From: Lingula anatina
Lineage: Eukaryota; Animalia; Brachiopoda
Length of the DNA: 64,000 nucleotides
Direction of reading: 5' to 3'
NCBI GenBank assembly: GCA_051362555.1
Contig: CM120647.1
Location: 9,176,001 to 9,240,000, forward strand
Shown here: one piece after another, positions 24,360 to 39,000 of the stretch
Layout: every line of letters starts with the position of its first letter
Position numbering within the stretch: position 1 is the stretch's first letter
Translations under genes and position numbers: made by a program
Notes under the pieces: generated by a model
Seen by the model: only the letters and a program-made list of their open reading frames with translations
What the model was told of the DNA's origin: nothing
The model's database searches: none

Positions 24360-26099
24360 TAGTACCACCAGCGTATACGCTGGCGGTACTCATGGTTTTA
24401 GTCCCGGCCCGTCTCGTACAGCTCCGCCGGCTCCTGCGGCTCCGCCGGCTCCGCAGTCGGGCGCCGGAAACAAGTCACCGTTACCGCTTCTCCTCCTAGA
24501 CCGCAAGGACCTGTGTCCCCATCTCTTGGATTTAGGTCACATATAATCTCAACTTGAACCCCCTGGTATTTTTGTCTCAGTTGGTGCATTGGTCTGGGTG
24601 TGATGCTCACTGAAATGCACCCTTGTCAAAATTTTTGAAAATTTGATGCTAAATATCTCCCAAACTGAAGGAATTATGGAAAAAGTTACTATAGAGGTCT
24701 GACCAAAAGTCATATATGGAGTTTCCAAATATGCCCTTGGATTTGACATTTGACCTTTATTTCAAGGTCAAACAGGCCAAAATTTTCTAAAAATGGGAAT
24801 TTTCTGCAAAAAAAGAATTGTTTGTGCCAATTTTCAGAAACTACATAGACCTAAGCTTTCATATTACAGTGAGGGCTACTATTTAGGGACTCCCTTCATC
24901 TTCGTGGGTTTGGGGTCAATCGGTGCATTTTCACGGGAGAAGCAGTCATTTGATGCCGAAACTAAAAACTCTGTAATTGTGGAACTGTTTACACTAGAGA
25001 CGTCTTGTTTTTTGCATGAAATACAGCTTGTCAAGCACAATACTGGAGGTGGTGTCAATTTTTTTATTTTCCATACGGTTTAGGAGTTGCACTTTATTAA
25101 ATAGTACAACAATGCAATATTCAGTAGTTAACATAAAATGAAAAAATACTCCCAAAATTAGCAGAGATACACCCATAGAATTTGAATAGGAAGTCATTAA
25201 CTAGCAATCTAACTGTGACCTTGATATTGACCTTTGACCTACTTTTCATGATGAACTTCACTTTGCAAGTTTTCAAGTCCTTATATCATCAAAACTAGCA
25301 GAGATACACCCATAGTTACCATTGAACTTGAATAGGAAGTGATATACTGACAATCTTAGAGCACATTCCCATAGATTAAGATCGATCTTACTTGATCGAC
25401 CTAACTCCCTGCAGTTAGCCGACCACACACAGAATTTAATTATCCCCTTACAGCTTTTAGTAGGCATGACAGGCACTTAAGCCAGCTAAGCTGACAGTAA
25501 TCTAGTGAGACTCCCCATGGGGATAGATCGATCTAAAATCTGTGGAAATGGGGTCTTACTGTAACTTTGAAATTAGCCTTTGACCTTCAAATTGATCTGT
25601 GACCTACTTTTCATAATGAACTGCACTAAAAAAAATTCCCTCCCTTATATCTCTAAAACTGGCAATAGTTGCTATTGATCTTGCATAGAAAGTCATATAC
25701 TGGGAAACTTTTACTTTGAAATTGACCTTTGACCTATTTTTCACCATGAACTGTAGTTTGCAAATTTTCCCACCCTTATAAAATATACTGACAGAGAAAT
25801 GCCCATAGTTACTATTGAACTTAACCCAAATATAAACAAACTTTGAAATATTGTTTCCATTACAGTTAGAGAGGAAGTCCTACATTCACAATGATACTAC
25901 ATCCTTGTATTTGACCTTTTACTTTTTCCCACCTGATTTAAAAATATAATAATTATCTATAAAAAATGATAACCCTTGTTTACTGCATTTCATGCAGCTT
26001 GTCAACCCCTCCCCCTTCTTTTTCCTTCCCATTCGAATGTGCGTACTCCAGCTGGTGGTACAATACCAGGAGGCGGTATCGCCTCTCTGATCCTCTAGT
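24360..26099 (+). mobile_element. Helentron-associated non-autonomous element (DINE-1/HINE architecture)
   Basis: 5' subTIR GTACCACCAGC (24362), adjacent inverted copy GCTGGCGGTAC (24379), GC-rich short repeats, internal TGACCTTTGACCT repeats, 3' subTIR GCTGGTGGTAC (26051), stem-loop GAGGCGGTATCGCCTC, terminal CTAGT. Confidence 0.78.
25364..25550. mobile_element. MITE family A (CATTCCCACAGATTTAGATCGATCT TIR), nested in the HINE
   Basis: TIRs plus core (gagtctcactagattgctgtcagc, gcctactaaaagctgtaagggg) shared with six other copies in the window. Confidence 0.85.
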
Positions 26100-26195
26100 T
26101 ATAGTTGTGTTTCACAGCAGATTTATTTTAAGACAAAGGCATGACTAAACTGTATCATGTGATATATTTATCACAGGGTTAGATGACAAAAACAT

Positions 26196-26245
<50 letters not shown>

Positions 26246-26834
26246 TGAATGCATGTGTGCGTGTGTAAAACAGGTATGTGCATGCACTGGTTAACACAGT
26301 AATCAACGTGTACACTGCTACATACAATTATTTGTGTCTGGCAGAGAGCAAGCTGTATCAGTATCAATATCAGCTCATCACTTAATGTCAGCGTAGTTCA
26401 TTATTTATTCACTTCACACAGGTTTCCCTAACAGACTATTATGTTCAGAGTCTAAGACATGTTCGTACCTGAATCAACTTGAACCAAAAGAAAAAAATGT
26501 TATTAAATGTACCTAGTTAACATTACACCTAAGGCTTGTCATTAATTATTTAGACAAAATGTTTCACACAAAGTTAAAAGCGTGCTTAGACAAGGATGAA
26601 CTGGAACTGGAAAGTAGAATGCAGAGTGCGTTTAATGGAATTTTACAACAAAGTCTTTGTTTTTACTTGGAAAGGTGGGGACCAGTAGAACGATATTGGA
26701 ATAAAACCAGTCACTTTCTTTAAAAACTTTTAGGCAATTACCATATTCTGCTCAGATGTCACATGGGTAGAATTTGATAGCATTACAGTAATGAAAGAGG
26801 CTGATTGTTGAGGATTTTTTTCTGATTTCATTGT

Positions 26835-26898
<64 letters not shown>

Positions 26899-28943
26899 GG
26901 GAATCCCCTCACCCTTTCTAATTACTTCCATGTCATCTCAGTAGCACAATGTCGTTGCCATGTAAATATGAGACATAGGATTACTGGATATGACATGGAC
27001 ATCGCCAGTAAGCTATTGAAAAAGTCTTCTTTCAACTACACTAGGTGATATATTATACATAGTGTCTATAAGTTAACTTCATGTAAGGTGACTGCACCCA
27101 CTGAGATGATTTTCATCTAAACTGTTAATCTGTAACACTATCTACCTGTTTTAATCTCTGGTATCTTGTTTTGTTTTCGTAGTATAGTTACCACTATCTT
27201 ATCTAGTTTAAAAATGCTTGTTCTGATGGCTTATTGAGTATTTTAAGTAGTTTACACTGTGAACCAGTTAAATTTTAGTGTCTTAAGTTATTAAAGTCTA
27301 TTGGGGATTTTGATAATATGTGAAAATATAGTTAACACTATCTTATTTAAAGTCAGTGCTTGTATAAAGTGCAGTAAAAACTACCTAAGCCAGTTAGTCA
27401 TCTCTTGTTATACCTTATATGCTCAGTGCAGTCAACATGATTTACCCCAGTTAATACGGAGTCGCCTAACTGACATTAAATACACCACAAGATGACACCA
27501 ACAACCGACAGGACACTTAATCATCAAATTCTTTTACACCTGGATGTAGGAGGAAACCAATCAGAGTGCACTGGTATGTTGCATTTAGAGTGATAATGGT
27601 TTGTTAAGAGCGCGTTCAGATCAGCGGACTACTAGATCTGAAGATCAAATATGGTGACCAACTAAAGAGCTTGCTGCTTAATTCCTGATTAGACACTAAA
27701 AAGATTGGAGTCAGAAATTAAAGATCTGTACATACTATTATAATAGTTGTCAAGTACCTGGTGCAAGTCAAGATCTGTAAGCAGTATTAGGTGTTGTATA
27801 AAATAATCTGAAAAAACAAGAGCATGGCATATGTTGAGCCAGGAATGCCGGAAGATGACTGTATGATATATGTTGACTGCTGTTCTAACATGTTTCTGTT
27901 GAATTCAATATCTTTGATGTACAGTGTGGTTGCAGAAGGGTGACATGTATATAGAATTTACCACAGAGCTTGGTAATAATAGTGTTTTATATAGGAATTA
28001 ATACTAAATATGTGTTGTATACATTTTTATGAGAAACTTCTGGGTTGATTATTCCATATAAAAATGAACATTTGAGTCGCATCAGACAAAAAGTTTTCAT
28101 ATCATAGAATTAAAAAAATATTAATATATATAAATGAAAAACAATAATAGTAAAGTAAAACTAAAATGAATTATTAGGTATGTGAAAATAATAAAAAGAT
28201 CTGTATTAAATATAAAATAAATAAAAAGGAACAGAAGTATAAAGAAAGATATGAATTTAAGAGATAATTAAAAAAATCGATTAACAATAATAATATTGAT
28301 GAAAGAAAGAATATTGTTACATGACTTAAATCTGCAGAGGCATACAGAGTATCTGGGATCTGACATCGGGTTGAATAAAGTGGTTTTCTAACCCTGTAGC
28401 CACATGTTAGTGTAACTTCTTGATCTTAGATAGTAAAGAGCATGTCAATAAAAAAAGGAAAACAAACACACATCTTGATCTTAGATAATTGGGAGCACGT
28501 TGGAGAGAAAAAGTAATGTAAATGCAGGCTTGTTGAAGGGAGAGGGGGCATCCGGTGTGTTTGCACACGACAAAAGAAAGTAAATTTTGAACAGGTTAGA
28601 TTTGGAGAAGAATGATATAATTTGCAAAAAAAATTATAAACGAAAAAAAAAATAAAATAAATAGATAAAGATAATAGAATAAGATAATAATAAAAATGGG
28701 TTTACTGAAGGAATAGAAGTTAATGATGGTTAAAACTAAGATATCCGTTACAGAAAGAATTGTTTAAAAATAAAATCTTTACTAGTAACAATGTTTCCTA
28801 ATTATGCATTTTTTTTTACTTTAGCCCAATATGTGTTTGAAAATATGAAAAAAAGGAAGTAAAATGTGTGTGCAACTGGCTGTACATCATTTGAAACATA
28901 TACCCTGCAGCTCAGAGGCGAGAGATTATATAAGCGTACCTGC

Positions 28944-29172
28944 TTAAGCCTCCTTTACACTGGACCGCCGCCTTTCTGTGTCCTGTAGCATGACCCCGTT
29001 TAAGAGTAAAAAAATTATAATACATCACGTGCCGACAATTGGCCGATCATTGAGCATTCAGTTGATCCTGCAACCAAAGCGATGTTTGTTCCTCCTTTCT
29101 ACAACAACAGTGATACCATTTTCATGGTCGCACAGAGGATGCAAAAAGGATGCCGTCCAGTGTAAAGGGGGG
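28944..29172. mobile_element. MITE
   Basis: ttaagcctcctttacactggac ... gtccagtgtaaagggggg TIRs. A second copy lies at 17003. Confidence 0.7.
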
Positions 29173-29354
29173 GTGGGGGGGTGGTACTGTTAAAAATTAC
29201 CCTCACTCACCTGTATTATGATGTGGGAGGAAGCCTCCCATAGATCTTTCATGACAACCTCACACCATCTCTCCAGACCACTTCCTTATCACACCGTGCC
29301 ATACCTGGAAATAATCAACCCTCCAGGCCAAGGTTTGGTGAATCACATAAAGAT

Positions 29355-29568
29355 CATTCCCACAGATATTTAGATCAATCTATCCCCCTGGGGAGTCTCA
29401 CTAGATTGCTGTCAGCTTAACCAGTTTAAATGTCTGTCCCGCCTACTAAAAGCTGAAAGGGGGTAATTAACTTTTGTGCCCGTTCTGCTCCTGGAAGCTG
29501 ACAACAATTTAGCATGAACCCCCAGGGAGTTCGGTTGATCCAGATGGATCGATCTAAATCTGTGGGAA
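29355..29568. mobile_element. MITE family A copy
   Basis: cattcccacagatatttagatcaatct ... gatcgatctaaatctgtgggaa. Confidence 0.85.
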
Positions 29569-29577
29569 GCGAGTCAT

Positions 29578-29872
29578 AGAGTGCATTCAGAACAAGTTGA
29601 TCCGTGGACTAACAGATCCGTGGATCAAATATGGCCTACCCAACATGAAAGCAGAGCCAACTAATCCCCTGATGATCTCCGCGCCTCTACATGCTCCGTC
29701 AATGCAGGGGGTCTGGCAATAAAACCTCAGGAGTTGTGATTTAATCCGTTAAATGGCGGGTGCGGTGGCAGGGAGACCATCAGAGGATTAGTTGGCCCTG
29801 TTTTTATGGCGGGTCGGCCATATTTAGTCCATGGATCATTACGTCTGTGGATCATCTGTTCTAAATGCACTC
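29578..29872. mobile_element. Foldback-type MITE with long imperfect TIRs
   Basis: gagtgcattcagaacaagttgatcc..atatggcc versus ggccatattt..ggatcatctgttctaaatgcactc. Related fragment at ~27608. Confidence 0.7.
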
Positions 29873-30680
29873 GTACTTCACTATATCTCTGTACCTGGAG
29901 TAGTGCTAGCTATTTCTTTTTTTTGCTTAGCCAAATAACTACTTTTTCACCACTCTTTTTCTCCATTTGGTTTAAATTTGACTAAAACAAATCAATCTTA
30001 GGTATAAGAAGTAGAGATAAAATTAATTAATTGAAAATATATGAAAATATGCAAACTTTATAAAGGTGAAGTGTATTGCAAAGAATATTAGTAACTTTTG
30101 AAAAATACACGAGAAGATGAAAAAAAAACATGAAGGCATAGAGAACAGGTGATGAACAAATATATGTTCATTTTGGCAAGCCGCGAATGACTAAGACACT
30201 TCATAATGTATAGCGTGAACATCATTTTTTTTTGAAGAATAACTGTGCAAATATGCTTGCTGCTAGTTGATCAGGCAAGATAAGGAGGGGAAGAAGAAAC
30301 TGCATGTGGAATGTACCTCTGAAAAATAAAATATTGATCACTTCGGGCAAATATGCAATATTAGAACAAGCATCCCATGTTCCCCAGTGGAAGTGTTATC
30401 CCGTTAATGTTCCCCAAATATCTTATCATGTTAGGAAGGAACCCCATGGCAGCTTTGACTTTGAATTCCACTCACTCATTATCTAAGAATGAAATCCATG
30501 GTTTCTTTATTTATAATTATACATGTATATTATGGTTCAGGGTTCATACAGTCTAAAAAAGCGTTTGAATTTAGCCTTGGCCCCAGTTTCACAAAAGTCA
30601 GTTCATTGGCTTAGTTGACTAGGAATTCTGGTATACTGCTCCTGATAGGGTAAAATGTGCCCATATGACTATGACTGCAA

Positions 30681-30872
30681 TCCCACAGATTTTTAGATCA
30701 ATCTATCCCCGTGGGGAGTCTCACTAGATTGCTGTCAGCTAAGTTGGCTTGTACGTCTGTTCCGGCCTACTAAAAGCTGTAAGGGGATAATTAACTTTTG
30801 CCTGCCAGCAATTTAGCGTGAACCTCCAGGGAGTTAGGCCGATCCAAATGGATCGATCTGAATCTGTGGGAA
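30681..30872. mobile_element. MITE family A copy, nested in a larger cagggttc...gaaccctg element (30538-31331)
   Basis: Family A TIRs and core. Outer element has cttgaaaag/cttgaatt repeats. Confidence 0.8.
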
Positions 30873-32020
30873 CCCGTGTATGTAACCTTGGTATTAAGTT
30901 CTTAACCAGGGAACCTGACTAAGGCCCTGCACCTTGAATTAAGTTTGGCCTTGAGAGGCACTAGAAATTGCAATTAACCTTGAAAAGGGCTTGTATTCCA
31001 TCTTTTTTGTACTCGAAAAGTACTTGAATATGATCACTAAGGCTGGCAATTTGTCAGTAATTATTTCTGATCTCAACATTTTAATCATTATCTGAATGTA
31101 GAAAATAATTGGTAGAATGAGAGAATACCCTTTTTGAAGAACATTTGATTTATTCTTTTCCTGTTTCAGCATTCTTGTGTTATTCTTTTATTCTTTTATC
31201 TTTGACATGCACATTTATAATTGATAGTACATTGCCCTCATTCTCAATAGCATGTCCATGAAAAGCACTTGAATTAGTGCTTGAAAAGTCTTTGAATTTG
31301 TTCTAACTCTAGTATTCCACAATGAACCCTGTGTTTAGGTAGCTTGTTGAAGGCTTCAATTTGTTGCATCTCCTTTCTAGTTTGATATCCATATCATATT
31401 GTATAATGCTGTCTATAACAGCCCTTATAAATGGATTAGGCATTTACTAACACTACCCACAGATCCTATAACACTAACAGCCATATTTAACCACATAACC
31501 TACAAATTAACCAGCACTACCAGAGCAGATGACTGTTAGTGCTAGGCATTGTTTTGTTGGTGCTAAATGATTGTTCGGTATGCTGGTTAATTTGTGGGTT
31601 TTGTGTTATATGATTTCAGTTTTACCGTGGGATTATCTTCAGTGTGTCATGTCTTAGCGTTCATTACAAGGCACTATTTCAGCCACATTTTATGATCAGA
31701 AATGACAGATATATCAGTGTCCTATTGTTACAGAGGAATTATGATCACTTTGTTGCGGCAGGGACTCTTGTACTAATAAATGTTACGACAGGGACTCTAG
31801 TACTAATAAATTATCTGTCAATTCTTCCTTCAAACTTATGTACTTTATAGACGTTATAGGTAAAACAGGTGTTGAAAAGTTGCCTGTCAGATATATATGG
31901 AAGAGGTGTGTTCATATGTTAAGCTGATTGCATTCAGCAAGAGTTGCTACAGAGTTGAGTCGTTCTATGTAGACCCAAAGCTTCAAAGATGCGTGCATTC
32001 ATGGAGGACCCTCTTTGGGA

Positions 32021-32240
32021 CCATTCCCAAACCCCGTCGTATTAGCTGTGGATCGATCTATCTTGAGGGGATTCTCGATAAATTGCAATCAACTTTAGCA
32101 GCTTAGATGTCTGTCACGCCTACTGAAGCTGCTAGGGGGTAATCAATTATTGTTTACCAGCTTCAGTAGGGGTGCCAGACACTTAGTTGCTTAAGCTGAA
32201 AGTAATTTAATGAGAAACCCCTCGAAGATGGATCGATACT
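32021..32240. mobile_element. Diverged MITE family A copy
   Basis: ccattccca..gatcgatctatc..gcctactgaagctg..gatcgat. Confidence 0.6.
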
Positions 32241-32712
32241 GTTAGATCAATGCAGGTATAAGAATCCAGTCTTTGTGTAAAGATATATGTTGAGGGAACC
32301 TCTTTGCTCTGACTACTTCATAGTATTTGTGTTAATACATGATGGTATTCTCTTTATGAATTTCTGTCACCGGAATCTGCCTGTGTTCGTCAGACGACTT
32401 GATTAGAAACTGCGTGCACTACTTGTAACCATGGCAACTGAAAAGCAACGATTTCTGTCTCAGTTTACACTTACAGGAATTAATTATTGTTCTAAAATGC
32501 CAATCAAGTTCAAATCTGGGTGGCATGTGATTATTTTGTACGTATTTTTTTGATGACTTTGGACTTATACAATGTCATAGTCATTTTATGAACCTGAAGG
32601 ACTAGGGATAATATTTCATATGTGCTTATTTTAAGTTCGAAGAGAAATTTTCAGTATGTGATACATGGACCAAAATGTGAACATCTATTCTGGGTTCAGT
32701 AGAAGTTTTTCA

Positions 32713-32764
<52 letters not shown>

Positions 32765-33347
32765 TCTGATCACCGTGTCTGTCTGCGTTGTCAATATCGC
32801 CGTTTACGCAGTTTCTCTCCAGCATATCGTAATCAACCAGTATTATCCTATAACTACGGCAACTGCCAAACCTATTTTTGTTTAACATGAGGTTTCCTGA
32901 ATGAATTTGTTTGGCAAAAAGGTGATCAACATGATTGGACTATTTTTTATGGAAGTTATTGATTTCTTTTGCGTATTTTGCATGTTTTTTTTCATTGTGG
33001 TAAGAAACCTCCTCTTATCCAGAAAGACATTTCAAGATGATGGAGGTTTTTGGTAAATATTTTATGAGGAGGAAAATAGTTTCTGTACAGAGGACAAATT
33101 TATTTCATCATAATATATTATTACAGTAATATATTCAAAGGGGGGGGGGGGGGAGATTTCCGACCATCGACATATTTCCGACTTTTTGGGAGCCAAAAAT
33201 ACCATTGGCCCAGGCGGCCCCCTGGACCCAATACAATATTTTCTGACTTTTTCCCTAAGTGGGAGTTTCATCCCCAATATTTGGACATATTTCTGTTGAT
33301 AATTCGATTTTTTTCTCTTCTCAGGTCTGTGGCCACAGGTTGAAGTG

Positions 33348-34528
33348 ATGAGTGAGCTCAACAGATTACTGCGTGGTACTACAGGCAATCTCACACAAGA
33401 TAATAAAGAGGAGAAACGGTGAGTTGTCATCCGTCACCTTGTCAATTGTCACCCTAACATGTGCCACTTTATCAGCTGTCACCCTAACTGTTACCATGTC
33501 AACTGTTATCATGCTAGGTGTCACCATGTCCTCAGAGGCTACGTGTTTTGAAACTTATTTCGTTTACCACACATACATTTCTTTATATACCTGCAACCAT
33601 TTGGCATTCAACATTTACATTTTACAAACATCTTCTTTCAAATAGTATTTTAGGCATAAAATTTGTTTGAGATTCTGCGTAAATGTGCTTAAGTTTATAA
33701 TTCAGATATTGTATAATATCTGTACAAAGTAGAAGAAAATGTGTACTATGAAGACCTCATGTATTTGTTCCCTTATATGATGTATATATTTCAAAATTCA
33801 TATATTATATTTAAAAACATTTAAAGTTTTAATGAAAAGTTCACTTTTCTCCTGTATAAATATGACTCTTCTTGGAAACGATTCATTCCTCTAATTACAT
33901 ATTAATGTTTAGCCAAAACAGCACTGCGATTTGTCATTTCCAACATGCGTTGTATTGCGTCTCATCGTGATCAGTTGATTATCTATAATATCATTACTAT
34001 GGGCCCATTTCCAGTGAAACTATCAATCTCTATAGATCGATCCAACTCTGTCCTAACTCTTGCTGAATGCAATAAGATTAACAGGACACCTGTTGTTTTC
34101 AATGTGCTTGCATAATCACCAGCTTTTCTGTATTCTGCTCACTGCCAGGCAGAGGGGTGTTAATCTGTTAAACTGATTGTATTCAGAAGAGTCCCCACAG
34201 AGTTGGATCGATCTATGTAGAGTGATAGTTACATTGGGAATGTGCCCCTTGTGTTTACCTAGCCACTTGAAGAATTTCAGCAGCCTTGTTAGCCACTCAG
34301 TTTAGATAATTTCTTCTATCAACGCATACGGTTAGATTATTGTTCTTGTATACCCTTTATCTAGATAATAAGTAACTTCAATAATATTTATTCCTTATCT
34401 GCTGCTCTTAAAATTTACATCTCATTTACTCATAACAAGGCAAAATCACAAATTATATAGTAAACAGTGTCGCAGTAAACGCGTACGCATGTGTGTGTGT
34501 GCTTACTGTCATACTTATGTGTGACAGT

Positions 34529-34566
<38 letters not shown>

Positions 34567-35672
34567 TGTGTGTGTGTGTGTGCGTATCTGCTACTACAAA
34601 TTGATTGTATTGCTTTACAGCAAGTGACTCATATATTGATAGAAAACCCTCTTGATGATGAAAAAAATCTTTTAGATTTATGGAGTGATTAATATTGTTG
34701 TTCATCATTGTTCATAATATTCAGTATTATCGGTCTTTCTTTTGGCTATAAAAATTGATCCGCCTTGTCAAGTCTTATGAGTACAGTGTACTAAGTATTA
34801 TTAGTAGGATGTAATAGGATTAGGCCAATAATAAATTTCTTAAGTTATTTCTTTAGATACAGTACTGATGTCAGTATGATAAGGACCATGATTGATTTTA
34901 CATGCTTATTTCTAGAAATTTCCCCCAGAGTAATCAAGGGAATCTTCTTCTTATTATTTTTAGCCCTATTTTGCAAATATTAATTCAACTTGAATTATCG
35001 TTTTGTCTAGAATAATCTGTTCAGTATATAAGCGATTGATAACTTATTTACAAGTCAATATTAACCACACTTAGAGCCGGTGAATAAAATAAAAATGCAA
35101 ACCTGTTTAGTTATTTAGAGCCTTCTGGTGACCGCCATATATTTTAAAGATAAATAATTGAGTAGACAATAAAACAGTCTGTTTAAAGATATCTTTATTT
35201 ATAATAACTGGGATAAGATATCTGTGAGTTAGGTTTAGTGGTGTCATTGTGATGACAGGAGTAGAGTTTTGACTATCGAGGCTGACAATCGACTCGATAA
35301 GCTGTTTTGAGTTGTCACTTAGCACAATTTTTGGACCCAAATCTGTGATGTGGTGTGATGTTTTGATAAAAAAAAAGTTGACTGCTTGGCATTTACGTGA
35401 GAGGGAAATGTTTTTGTCAATTTTACATGGAAAATATCACATATTGGCATGACCACATCGTTAGTTATACGCCATGAGAAGTTCAGTAAAGATCTTCAAA
35501 GATGATAGCTGTCATCATGTGGATAAATTGAAGAAAATTAAGTTCATAACAAGATGTGAAATAAAAGAAAAGAATGCCCTCTCAAATGAAGTATTCAAAA
35601 AGCATGTTGTGCAAAAAATTTCACATGCTCGCACATGTGCCGAGTAATGACTACATATTAAATGAGAGGTGC

Positions 35673-35730
<58 letters not shown>

Positions 35731-36021
35731 CATTTGACCTTTTCTTTAAGACAAAATATTCTTAGGTCACTTCATACTGGAAACATAGCCATGTCAGCAT
35801 ATGTTGACGGGCACAAGCACATGATGGGGAAACATCAGCATAACTAGACGTCAAAGATGGCTGCCGTTGAGGGTATATTTTTCCCTCTGTACATGAACAG
35901 GTTAGCGTATTTTGTTGACCCCAACATAGCAGTTCTGCGGGATGCATTCGGATGTTATTTGTGTCATGCAACACGGTGATTAGGAATATTGGTATTGCAG
36001 CTAGGGAGAGGGGGGCAGCAG

Positions 36022-36072
<51 letters not shown>

Positions 36073-39000
36073 CTGTATTTGCCATGGCAGATCATCTCCC
36101 ACTTCCACCCCTGCCAAAAATAATGATTAAAAAACTGTCAAATTTACATATTTTTTCATTTTCACAAAGCAACACAATAGGGACCATTTCTTTGCATCCC
36201 TTCTCTTTTAGTTCATATTGATTAAATTTTACAGACCTCCATACCACTGGTTTAGTAAGATACATATTCTAATGTGGCTACAGAAAATGTAAAACTTTTT
36301 AAAGAAAATTTTACTCTTGATTCAATTTAAATATTTTGATATTGTTCAAAATATGCAGCTGTTCAGAAAAAAAAAAAAAAAATGAAAGTGACCCTCCTGT
36401 GGCTATGGAAGCCTTATCTAGTTATTTTGTCAAGCATTTCTTTCACCTTCTGTGGTATATTTATAAGTATATAACATGGACTGCCACTTATATGAAGAAG
36501 AATGGTAACATGTAATTTCAAAGTGCATGAATGCATGCAAGGGACTAAGGGAGCAGTTACTGACAAAGAAGGTGCCTTACTGGTACATGACGGTAATTGA
36601 ACTTTATCTTTGGACAAAAGGGATTTTTTTTTTTTTTTGCTGCCTAATTCAACAAAAACTGAAAAGAGGATTTTGAAAAAATTGAAAAAAAGGTTTGGCT
36701 GTGAAATTTATATAAATGTTTGTCTGTTAGCAACAGAAAGTGATGCATTTTCAAAAGATGAAAAAGAAAAAAAAAGATAGTGCCCAGTATATGTGAAGTC
36801 TTTAAAAATTTAAAGTAATTACCGTATTCTTGATATACTGGGTTAGAATATATCAGTGTGCATACTATATTTATGCCTGATTTTGGAATCCTCAAAGAAA
36901 AGGCTTCCATGTACTCTGTAAGAAGTAATGCACCCCAATATCTCTCAATGCTTTTCAGTATCTTACCATTAGTGCAGAAAAAAATTTTAATAAATTTTTT
37001 ATAGTACAGGAATCGATATCTATATAATATTCTCCTGAAAATGTAAAAGTTGTATGATGGATACTCTTTAGAATACTATGGAGGCCGCATGTTGCTCTCT
37101 AAAGCAGTAAAATTGTGAAGAACTGAAGAAGAACATATTTTAAAGTTAGGTATAACTTGGTTATAGGAAAGAGAACAAAAATACGCTTTCAGAAGTATGG
37201 ACTAAAGCCAATCGTATTGTAACCAATCTGACTGTGTCTGAGTTGATTTAGAGAATCAGGGCCCTTTAACTCAAAAGCATGGCGCATTGCGACCAAATGC
37301 AAGAATCTCGTTTCCATAACCCCCATTTGGGGTGACTGTGGGTGAGTTATGGAATCAAAATGCTTGCTCTTGGTCGCAATGCGCGATGCTTTCAAGTTAC
37401 AGGGCCCAGATGTACTACGAGATGTTATGTGCTCCAATGTGGTGTTTTAGCATGCTGGTCATCATTATGAACAGGTGAGACAATTTATAACAGGAACTGA
37501 GCAACCTGCAGGTATGATATCTGGGGGTAATTTTGTATAATCTACAGATGTGTTATCCACCGGAATCAAAGCCATGTAACACACAACATTGACGCTCCTG
37601 GTTTGCAGTCCTGAATGCGGGCCAGTTTACACTGTGAGTTGCACTTTGCACTTGGAATCGGCCCTGGTGTGCATGCAGCAAGCTCTGCACGATGTAATGC
37701 TGTCAACCCAGTTTTAACCAATATCATAAGTTGTGGCCAGACAGGTCTTTAGGTCATAGATTTAATCTTTTTCTTCTGTCATTTTACAATCTGGCCATAT
37801 CCATGGCAGAGTCTGTTTGGTCTAGGTGTTTTAAAGCTCCAGGTTGACCAACCTAAACAAGCTTAAAAGCTTGTTTAGGTTGGTCAACCCGGAGCTTTAA
37901 CTTGTTAAATGTGGAACTCCAAAATGTAATCAGGTGTTTTGGTGATGTTACTAGCATTTTAAAATAACTATCATCATGGCAGTTCTGCTGAATACACAAT
38001 GAATGTTTAGAAAAGTATGAAAAAAATAATAACATTTTTTTCTGTTTTCTGTTTTGTTCTTTATACAAAAGGAGAGGTGTCCTTGAATAGGCACATATTC
38101 TGGGGTGGCACTAGCAATTTTTTTTGTGTAGCCAAATTGCTACATTTTCATCACTTTTTTCTCCAAATGGTTAAAACTTGACTAAAATAAGTCAAATCAG
38201 TCCTATTTTATTTAGCCAATTTAAGTCAGTTTTAGCATTTGGCTAAATTGGCGAGTGTTAGTGCTACCCCAGATATTAATCTGAGGGAGGGGGGAGCTGT
38301 GGAAGAAGGGCGAGTGTTTTCAACCTTGTAAACATGTCCAACATTGTAAAGATCACGCTGACAAGATAAAAGGCACAATGTGCAGAACTTGATGTCGAAA
38401 TAACTTATTTCCTTCATTTGTATTCAGCGGCCGAATTGTTGTGGTGATTGCAGCAGAAAAATGCAGTTAGTAAAAATGCGCCCTTTCTGTTGCATTACTT
38501 AGGTATTGTTGTATTTGGAGGTTATTTTTATCATACAGTTAGCTACAGATAAAAAGAGCTTTGTGTGCAATTTGATTTATGGATTTTTGTGTTTGTGTGT
38601 TGTATGTGAGCAACAATTGTCTTGAGGTCTGTCCATTGTTAAGTATCCTAACCTCACACATGCACACACACACATAAAAAAATTGAAAAAGAAAAGCGAG
38701 AGAGTTTTATACTGGGTTCCCATCCCTAGATCGATCTCACAGGATCGGTCCATCACCACGGGGTTTCTCGCTAAATTGGTTTCAGCTTAAGTGGCTTAGA
38801 TATCTGGCACGTCTGCTAAAGCTGCTAAATGATAGTTCATTACCCCCTATCAGCTTCAGTAGCTGTGACAGACATCTAAGTCGCAAACTAGTAAGTTAAT
38901 TGCAGTTAAGCGAGAATCCTCTCAGAGATCCAGTTCGTTCCAAAGTTAGTACGTTAGTCTCTGGGAATGGACTCTTAGTGGGCACCACTTCATATTGAAT

